Notes under the pieces: generated by a model | Database searches by the model: none | What the model saw: only the letters and a program-made list of their open reading frames with translations | What the model was told of the DNA's origin: nothing | Origin: Octopus sinensis | Taxonomy: Eukaryota | Direction of reading: 5' to 3' | Length of the DNA stretch: 6,822 nt | Assembly (NCBI RefSeq): GCF_006345805.1 | Contig: NW_021829180.1 | Coordinates: forward strand, 1 to 6,822 | Part shown: piece after piece, positions 1-6,114 of the stretch | Numbering within the stretch: the stretch's first letter is position 1 | Layout of the letters: every line of letters starts with the position of its first letter | Position numbers and translations under genes: made by a program

Positions 1-294
1 TAATTTCTGATTCTCGTGGGAGACGACACAAGACAGGTAATTTTAAGAACTGTCCTCATGAGATGAAGTTGTGGTTTCAGTAGCATTTTATAAACATTTT
101 TTTTTAAATACTTTGAAACCAACCCTTTTTCCCCCCGAACCAGATTGAAATTCAAGGGAGCGGATGTTTGAAGGAAAGATATTTTGCTCCATGCATACAA
201 CAGTCTAACAATTCAGGTCTTTTGCTCAAAATTTTACTCCTTCGGAAAACAATTCGTAATTTTTTGCTGAAGCAAAAGTTATGCCACATTTTTT

Positions 295-385
295 ATTTCT
301 TTTCTATTCTAGGCACGAGGCCCGAAATTTTTGGAGAGGGGCCTGTCGACTCCAGTACGCAACTGGTATTTAATTAATCGACCCC
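295..385 (-). mobile_element. 3' fragment of a tRNA-derived SINE (same central domain as the 4264-4481 copy, different tail)
   Basis: The reverse complement GGTCGATTAATTAAATACCAGTTGCGTACTGGAGTCGAC aligns by eye with GATCGATAAATTAAGTACCAGTTACATACTAGAGTCGAT in the 4264 SINE. It then continues into a different tail (AGGCCCCTCTCCAAAAATTTCGGGCCTCGTGCCTAGAATAGAAAAGAAAT). Confidence 0.8.
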
Positions 386-952
386 TTATCTACAATCGAC
401 CTGAAAATTTGGAATTCTTGAGAACTTGCTTCATGTAAGAACTATATAAATTTCGACAAGCTGTAACGCATTTTTTTTTACCAGGGATGATAAAGGAATG
501 TTTATGTTAATAAAATCGATTTTGATTGTCAATCCAGTTACCTTAGTATATACTTTAGGTATATCTGGGGTTTTTTGGGGTTTTTTTTTTACGACTTTAG
601 TCCTGAATATATATCGACTTTGCCAAACGATTACCGTCTATTTTCTGCTGAAATATTTTCTGTTTTCATTATTACACTTTTAATTAATGGTTATTTTTAA
701 TAATTTTACTTTATACAAAATTGAAAAGACGTATTATACAAATTTTGCCTGAATCACCATGAATTCTGGGAGTTGCGAGATCACTGTTCACCAGTGTTTC
801 ACAGTCTATTTCATTAAGCTATGCAATATTATAAATATTGATATTGCACTTCTATATTGCTGAGGTGAACTTATATTATGTACACTGTTTATACGCCAAT
901 CTGATTAATATAAACAGTATACATAACCTTTGATATAACAAAGTTCTTACTA

Positions 953-1110
953 ACTAACTTTAATGCACTTTCTATTAAATATCTTTTACTATATTTGCAC
1001 CCTGGCGAAATATGGCAATCTACTAAATTAAAGAATTTCCTTGGAACATTACTTCTACGTGCTAGAATAGATACTGGGTTATACCATAAAATATATCTTT
1101 TCTTATTCCT
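953..1110 (-). pseudogene. Decayed Penelope-like element fragment (RT-thumb/endonuclease linker)
   Basis: Translation KKRYILWYNPVSILARRSNVPRKFFNLVDCHISPGCKYSK, then a frameshift to IFNRKCIKVS**. This matches the same-order motifs IIWYNP...KLFNP-NVKVSY in the 4657-5405 PLE. An Asn-rich stretch upstream on the same strand (~1200-1330) may belong to it. Confidence 0.65.
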
Positions 1111-1388
1111 ATCCATACGCTTCAAGATAAATGAAAAGGAAAGATATTTGATTAAGATATCAAAAAGAAACATAAAATATTTCTGTTTTCATTAAAAAAA
1201 AGGATTTTCTTTTGTCAGAATGTTTCGATTCGTTCTTTTTTTGATGTTGCTATTGATATTGTTATTGTGACTCTTATTGGTGTTGGTGTAGCTGCTCCTG
1301 TTTTTATTGATCTAAATCTAAAGTACCGATGCAGTAAAACCGTCTTTAGACTAAAGTTCTGCTTCAATCCCGTTTTCATATATATATA

Positions 1389-1580
1389 AAGGGCATTACT
1401 ATACATAAATGCCTCATGCTAGGAGGGACTCTTAAAGTTAAAACTACCCTAATAAATAAACAATTGTATCGAACGCGAGTTGCATTCCCTCGCGTTCCAT
1501 ACAATGTGTTTATTTATTATGGTAGTTTTTACTTGAAGAGTACCTCCTAGCGTGATGCATTTATGTATAGTAATGCCCTT
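1389..1580. repeat. Long imperfect inverted repeat (hairpin): arms 1389-1479 and 1489-1580, 9-nt loop
   Basis: Hand alignment of the left arm to the reverse complement of the right arm gives 7 substitutions and 1 indel over 92 nt. The loop is TTGCATTCC. Confidence 0.97.
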
Positions 1581-1689
1581 AATATAAGTAAATATATTTA
1601 AGAGGAATAATTGATGGATTGTTCCCTTATGAGGTTTTCCACTAACTAACTACTTCATAAAATATTATAAAGATTTTATCCTATTTCTC

Positions 1690-1692
<3 letters not shown>

Positions 1693-1736
<44 letters not shown>
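1693..1736. repeat. (TA)22 microsatellite
   Basis: Perfect dinucleotide run read directly. Confidence 0.98.
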
Positions 1737-1738
<2 letters not shown>

Positions 1739-1891
1739 TCAATAAATGGTAGGGTTGTGTTGACCGCACGTGGAGAAATGATAAGCAAGGAAAAATTGTA
1801 AAATGCAGAATGCTAAATTGAAAGAAAATTTAATGAAAATGGGTGTATGGAAAAGGTTTTTGAAAAATTGATAAAATATATAAAATATATT

Positions 1892-1933
1892 AATTCAAAC
1901 CGGTTTTCGTCATAATGTGACTTTTCAAGAATT
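1892..1933 (-). ncRNA. Candidate minimal type I hammerhead ribozyme with U3-A8 core variant
   Basis: Minus strand reads AAUUC-UUGAAAA-GUCA-CAUUA-UGAC-GAAA-ACCGGU-UU-GAAUU. Stem I is AAUUC/GAAUU, stem II is GUCA/UGAC, stem III is the palindrome AACCGGUU, and the NUH site is UUU. Confidence 0.65.
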
Positions 1934-2039
1934 GTAAAGGAATAAATTTTTTTTTAAAAGTGAGAAAGGGGAAAAAAGAAAAATACATTGTTTTATGTAA
2001 AAAAAATAATAATAAATATGTACAAAAATTAAAAAATAA

Positions 2040-2093
2040 TATATATATATTAATAAAATTATATTATAAATATATATATATAGATATATATAT

Positions 2094-2138
<45 letters not shown>
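2040..2138. repeat. TA-rich tract ending in perfect (TA)20 (2099-2138)
   Basis: Read directly. Confidence 0.97.
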
Positions 2139-2142
<4 letters not shown>

Positions 2143-2373
2143 TTGGAATATATTTTCCGGGCGGATACCGTATTAGCTCTCTGTCAAGTTCCAGTTGACG
2201 GCTAACCAAAACGATCAGTATTTAGAGTCTGTGACAACAATTAGTTGTTAGTCACTCCGTGAATTCTTTCGATGGGCAATTCCGTGTATCCTTCGTCGGA
2301 GGGTCAAACTTGTCTGGAGTATATATTAACATTAACAATAAAAAAGAGTATGGAGACTTTTACATCCACGCAT

Positions 2374-2470
2374 TTTATTCTCTAGTTATATACACCATAT
2401 TATAATGACCTACACGTGTTTCCGCTGGCCTGACTACTCACTGTTGCCGTTGTAATTGTTGATGTTAATA
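2374..2470. repeat. 97-bp direct repeat Z, copy 1 (copy 2 at 3135-3231)
   Basis: 6 mismatches over 97 nt by hand alignment; shared core GACCTACACGTGTTTCCGCTGGCCTGACTACTCACTGTTGC. Confidence 0.95.
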
Positions 2471-2473
2471 TAA

Positions 2474-2554
2474 ATGCATATATATAAATATGTGTGTGTG
2501 TGTACACATACTTTATTTGTGGGTTAACAAGGCAACCAATGCTTTCATGCAAAT
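2474..2554. repeat. Segment Y, copy 1; inverted relative to copy 2 at 3233-3321
   Basis: The reverse complement ATTTGCATGAAAGCATTGGTTGCCTTGTTAACCCACAAATAAAGTATGTGTACAC matches ATTTGCACGAAAGCATTGGTTGCCTTGTTAACCTACAAATAAAGTATGTGTACAC, which starts at 3233. Confidence 0.95.
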
Positions 2555-2797
2555 CTCTTAATAATTATCAAGCTACACGCTTGTAACCTTGGTATTCGTC
2601 TCCATTTTGGATTATGGTATTCTCATCCTATATGGAAACGAATATTAACGCTCTCATGTGGCAGGCTTAATGATTGTTTAGAAGTTCCTATTTACATAAA
2701 AACATTGGTTACTTTGGTAACCTACAATAAGGAATATTTAGCCACCAATGAGCAGATATTTTCACTGTTTGATATTAGCGTAATATATATATATATA

Positions 2798-3032
2798 GGG
2801 AGAGTTTGCGAAAAAATAAAAGACGAAGACAGGTGGTGTATAAAACAAACAGATGTATTAGTATAACGCTCAGGAATAGAAAAAGTCTTTTACGTTTCGA
2901 GCCTACGCTCTTCTACAGAAAGGGATACAGAAAAAACAAGGAGAGAAAAAAATGTGTGTAGTGGCTAAAATTCCTCTATTTACATAATATCGAGGTCTCT
3001 TTCATTCTTTTGTTGTTTTACCGTTTCTGTCA
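2798..3032 (-). mobile_element. Non-coding hammerhead-bearing module bounded by TA tracts (probable PLE pseudo-LTR derivative)
   Basis: Flanked by (TA)7 at 2784-2797 and a TA run at ~3033-3042, and contains the hammerhead fold at 2887-2922. Boundaries and mobility are inferred. Confidence 0.45.
2887..2922 (-). ncRNA. Candidate minimal type I hammerhead ribozyme (Penelope-type), A6U
   Basis: Minus strand reads CUUU-CUGUAGA-A-GAGC-GUAG-GCUC-GAAA-CG-UA-AAAG. Stem I is CUUU/AAAG, stem II is GAGC/GCUC, stem III is the loopless palindrome ACGU, and the cleavage triplet is GUA. Confidence 0.65.
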
Positions 3033-3134
3033 ATATATATATTCTTTCATTCAAATTTAAAATAGCTGAAGACTAGTATCACGCATGAAACTCGGATTAC
3101 CAACGAATTTGAATCAAACTATTTTGATCCACAA

Positions 3135-3231
3135 TTTATTCTATAGTTATATACAGCATATTATAACGACCTACACGTGTTTCCGCTGGCCTGACTACTC
3201 ACTGTTGCAGATGTAATTATTGATGTTAATA
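3135..3231. repeat. 97-bp direct repeat Z, copy 2
   Basis: Matches 2374-2470. Confidence 0.95.
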
Positions 3232-3232
3232 T

Positions 3233-3321
3233 ATTTGCACGAAAGCATTGGTTGCCTTGTTAACCTACAAATAAAGTATGTGTACACACACACAGACACA
3301 CACATATTTATATATATGCAT
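3233..3321. repeat. Segment Y, copy 2 (inverted relative to 2474-2554)
   Basis: Reverse-complement match to 2474-2554, with a longer CA/TA tract. Confidence 0.93.
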
Positions 3322-3492
3322 ATATATATACGATTGAGTGGACAAACGGAAGAATGGCACTTAACAAATTTATTGTCAGTTACATATGTGGATCAAAACA
3401 GTTTGATTCAAATTCGTTGGTAATCCGAGTTTCATGCGTAATACTCGTCTTCAGCTATTTTAAATTTGAATGAAAGAAGTTGATTGTTATTA

Positions 3493-3665
3493 TCATGAGG
3501 TGGGCTGCAACTGATCGAGGAAGGTCACGTTGTGTCGTGGCTTGATGTTGGTATATCGGTATACCAGCGACAACAGTTGGTTGGAAAATACCGCATAGTG
3601 AACAGGGAATTGACCACGAGGTGGACAAGAAATGGTTGGTTGTTGGAGGGAAGTAAGTAAATAGT
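3493..3665 (-). pseudogene. Possible highly decayed PLE GIY-YIG endonuclease fragment
   Basis: YNY...QPTISCPPRGQFPVHYAVF...(RWYTDI in an adjacent frame)...KPRHNVTF...PTS* is collinear with CNF-RNPTMCPLKGSCFSRAVAY...RHYTRM...ERRYFQHIHSF...STSL of the 4873 ORF. The similarity is weak and judged by eye. Confidence 0.35.
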
Positions 3666-4125
3666 TGTATATGTGGGTGCATGGTTTTGCATGCATGTCT
3701 GAATTGATGCGAGCATGCCCATCTGTACATGGGCGCGCACGCACACACCCACATGCACAAACACACACACACATATATATGAACGAACATGAGCGCGTAC
3801 ACACACATGCATACACATGTATATCCCCCCACACACACATACACAAACATGCGTATTCATTTGTGTACATATGTATATACGCATGCATGTATATACGCAT
3901 GCATGCACACACACACACATACATATATGAACGAACATGAGCGCGTACACACACACACATACAGGCGCGCATACACACACATGCATACACATGTATATCC
4001 CCCCACACACATACACACAAACATGCGTATTCATTTGTGTGTACATATGTATATACGCATGCATTTTAGTGTGAGCGCACACATGCATTCCTATGCACAA
4101 GCGTACTCGCGCGTGTGCATGCATG
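3665..4125. repeat. CA/TG-rich compound microsatellite with an internal ~150-175-bp tandem duplication
   Basis: GAACGAACATGAGCGCGTAC recurs at 3781 and 3929; ATGTATATCCCCCC recurs at 3817 and 3991. Confidence 0.92.
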
Positions 4126-4263
4126 AGTCTGGGAATTGGTAAGCGTTGGAGATTGGTAAGCTTTGAGGATTGGCAATTGGTGGTCCTGCTCATGGGGTTG
4201 GTTGATCACGGGACCTAAATGGAGGCGATGTAGAGTAGCAGCTAGTACTAAGGTGGTATATAA

Positions 4264-4481
4264 GGCGGAGAGCTGGCAGAAACGTTAGCACGCCGGGCAA
4301 AATGCGTAGCCGTATTTCGTCTGCCGTTACGTTCTGAGTTCAAATTCCGCCGAGGTCGACTTTGCCTTTCATCCTTTCGGGATCGATAAATTAAGTACCA
4401 GTTACATACTAGAGTCGATGTAATCGACTTAATCCGTTTGTCTGTCCTTGTTTGTCCCTTCTGTGATTAGCAAAGAAATAG
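4264..4481 (+). mobile_element. Near full-length tRNA-derived SINE (resembles abundant Octopus SINEs, from recall)
   Basis: Pol III A-box-like TGGCAGAAACG (4274-4284), B-box GTTCAAATTCC (4338-4348), acceptor-like pairing GGCGG/CCGCC, then a central domain GCCTTTCATCCTTTCGGGATCGATAAATTAAGTACCAG that partly recurs at 295-385. Confidence 0.88.
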
Positions 4482-4487
4482 GTATAT

Positions 4488-4656
4488 CCAGGTTGTCGGC
4501 AGTCAGAGTCGTGAAATTTGCCAGAAGGTTATACCTCTGGTGACAGCTATAAGATAAATAGTATTTCTTGTTGATGGACACAGCGAGTTGTTGAAGGATA
4601 TATAGTTTTTCACGGAGGCAGAGCTGATAGTTGGGGGCACCGGGTGAATATGTTGG
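4488..4656 (-). mobile_element. Inverted copy of the PLE 3' end (inverted pseudo-LTR-like arm)
   Basis: The reverse complement matches 5236-5405 (17 substitutions, 1 indel). It translates without stops as PTYSPGAPNYQLCLREKLYILQQLAVSINKKYYLSYSCHQRYNLLANFTTLTADN. Confidence 0.93.
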
Positions 4657-5405
4657 GAAAGTATTTACCGTACAGGAAGCCTAACGGGGGAGCAGTATAC
4701 ATCCACATATGTAGACAACTCCCAGACACCCTCTTCTCATTCCAAAACGATTAGGAAAGGGAAATTATATGGTATAACCCCCTTTCAACCTAGCCAGTTT
4801 CCTGCTGTTAATTAAGATACACTTCTTCAGAGGTCTCAAGTATTACAAACTCTTTAACCCCAAAATGTTAAGGTGAGCTACTCCTGCTTAGACAACATTG
4901 CATCTAACATCGCACGCATCAACAGACGTAAAAATGCATCCGCACCACTCCCAACCCCAGCTTGCAACTTCCGAAATCCCACCATGTGCCCTCTAAAAGG
5001 ATCATGCTTCTCAAGGGCCGTAGCATACAGAACCTCCCTTACGTCATTCGATGGCATTACTAGGCACTATACACGTATGACAGCTAATGACTTCGAGAGA
5101 AGATACTTCCAGCATATACACTCGTTCAGATCCAAGGACAGAGAGAACTCTACTTCCCTGCCTCGTTTTCTCTGGAGACTTCACGACATCCGAGACGAAA
5201 CACCCAGCATCAAGTGGACTATTGTCCACAGAATGCCAACATATTCACCCGGTGCCCCTAACTATCATCTCTGCCTCCGCGAAAAACTGTATATCCTCCA
5301 ACAACCTGCAGTATCCATCAACAAGAAATACAATTTATCTTAGTGCTGTCACCAGAGGTATGCCCTTCTGACAAATTTCACACCTCTGACTGCCGACAAC
5401 TCTGG
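4657..5405 (+). mobile_element. 5'-truncated, pseudogenised Penelope-like retroelement (end of RT thumb, linker, GIY-YIG endonuclease; Cys pattern suggests the Hydra clade)
   Basis: Across frameshifts it reads PY(Q)EAL-RGS-YTSTY, IIWYNP-PF, FLLLIKIHF, KLFNP-NVKVSYSC. The ORF 4873-5343 follows with C-N-F-x5-C-x5-C, VAY...HYTRMT, RRYFQH, KWTI, YHLCLREK, INKK, then after a TAG CCHQRYALLTNF. Confidence 0.88.
4873..5343 (+). pseudogene. PLE GIY-YIG endonuclease domain, inactivated (YTG to YTR, two Cys lost, upstream frameshifts, premature TAG)
   Basis: Provided ORF translation plus the motif comparison above. The GTG start is an internal codon, not a real initiation site. Confidence 0.85.
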
Positions 5406-5474
5406 CCTAGAACTCGTTTTCCATAAGCGAGTCGAGGACCTCCTTCGATTCACTCTTGATCTCGACAACAGTAT
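5401..5474 (-). pseudogene. Mariner transposase relic, distal piece
   Basis: Minus strand translates VVEIKSESKEVLDSLMENEF*A, which continues the ...LKGRRF segment that ends at ~5692. Confidence 0.8.
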
Positions 5475-5696
5475 AGTAATGCCCTTAATATAAGTAAATA
5501 TATTTAAGAGGAATAATTGATGGATTGTTCCCTTATGAGGTTTTCACGATAACTATTTGATAAATTCTTATAAAGATTTTATCCTATTTTTCAATTATAT
5601 ATATATATATGAGAGTTTGGAGGGGATATATTTTCCAGGCGGTATTAGCTCTCAGTCAAGTTCCAATTGGCGGTTAACTACAACGATCAGTATTTA
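5471..5696. repeat. Dispersed repeat copy 2 (A + TA tract + B) inserted into the mariner relic
   Basis: Matches 1565-1692 and 2139-2224, and splits the mariner reading frame. Confidence 0.9.
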
Positions 5697-5867
5697 AAAC
5701 GGCGACCTTTGAGCTGCATTTTCATCTTGGGGAAGAGATGGAAATCCGCTAGTGCTAAATCTGGCTAATAGGGTGGGTACGGAAGCGATACCATGTTGTT
5801 TTGGTGGTGAGAAACTCACGAGTGAAGAGAGCTCGGCGAGAGAGTGCATTGTCGTCGTAAAGATTCC
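5692..5867 (-). pseudogene. Mariner (DD34D-like) transposase relic, catalytic C-terminal part
   Basis: YDDNALSRRALFTREFL, then a frameshift to NNMVSLPYPPY*PDLALADFHLFPKMKMQLKGRRF. This is the HDNA and YSPDLAPxD motif pair with about 34 residues between the Asp residues; Ser is mutated to a stop. Confidence 0.92.
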
Positions 5868-5880
5868 GGTGTGTGTGTGT
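5868..5880. repeat. Short (GT)n microsatellite truncating the mariner relic
   Basis: Read directly. Confidence 0.9.
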
Positions 5881-5931
5881 ACGCGTGGATAAGGAAGAAA
5901 AAGAAAAAGGTGGAAGGAAGGATGGCTGGGT

Positions 5932-5955
5932 GGAAGGAAGGAAGGAAGGAAGGAA
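5932..5955. repeat. (GGAA)6 microsatellite within a purine-rich tract
   Basis: Read directly. Confidence 0.93.
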
Positions 5956-6114
5956 GAAAAGGGAAAGAAAAGAAGGAACTGCAAGTAATGATAGGAAAAT
6001 GAAAACAATCTTTTTCTCCCAAAAGACAAGTTTTGATGAAATGAAATGAATTTCTACCAATTGAGAATCGAAGCGGGATTGTTGGAAATTTGCAATTTCT
6101 TAGCAAAAATTAAC

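Larger units (their letters stand above)
1565..2224. repeat. Dispersed repeat copy 1 (segment A 1565-1692, (TA)n, segment B 2139-2224), interrupted within its (TA)n by a ~360-bp insert
   Basis: A matches 5471-5595 and B matches 5611-5696. In the second copy A and B are separated only by a short TA tract. Confidence 0.9.
3042..3478. repeat. Inverted repeat: 92-bp arms 3042-3133 and 3387-3478 around a 253-bp spacer
   Basis: 3 mismatches over 92 nt by hand alignment. The spacer holds Z copy 2 and Y copy 2. Confidence 0.96.

Noticed and set aside
168-377. 69-aa ORF
   Set aside because: Its 3' part is antisense SINE sequence, and it has no protein motif.
498-683. Hydrophobic 61-aa ORF and a nearby acceptor-like TTTTACCAG at ~476-484
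   Set aside because: The hydrophobicity comes from T-rich sequence. There is no matching donor, homology or codon signal to support an exon.
781-830. Minus-strand CTTAATGA...GAAACACTGGTGAA as another hammerhead
   Set aside because: It needs several core changes, and neither stem I nor stem II forms.
651-1194. 20-bp near-direct repeat AAATATTT(T)CTGTTTTCATTA at 651-671 and 1175-1194 as a long target duplication
   Set aside because: The sequence is very AT-rich with an indel, and there is no empty-site evidence, so chance cannot be excluded.
1389-1580. Hairpin as a MITE or a viral hairpin terminus
   Set aside because: The right arm runs on into repeat A, which exists elsewhere without the hairpin. 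No clear target duplication or viral ORF is present.
1925-2209. 94-aa minus-strand ORF with YIYI runs
   Set aside because: It is mostly a (TA)n translation with no recognisable domain.
4130-4185. Four ATTGG (CCAAT-box-like) motifs in a short degenerate repeat
   Set aside because: There is no associated gene or start site, and short-repeat slippage explains them.
3455-4193. Six overlapping ORFs of 91-222 aa on both strands
   Set aside because: They are translations of CA/TG repeats (VCVC, THTH) that are open only because the repeat lacks stops.
5694-6106. Three provided minus-strand ORFs as genes
   Set aside because: They are broken frames of the mariner relic fused to GGAA/GT repeats, so they are reported as a pseudogene instead.
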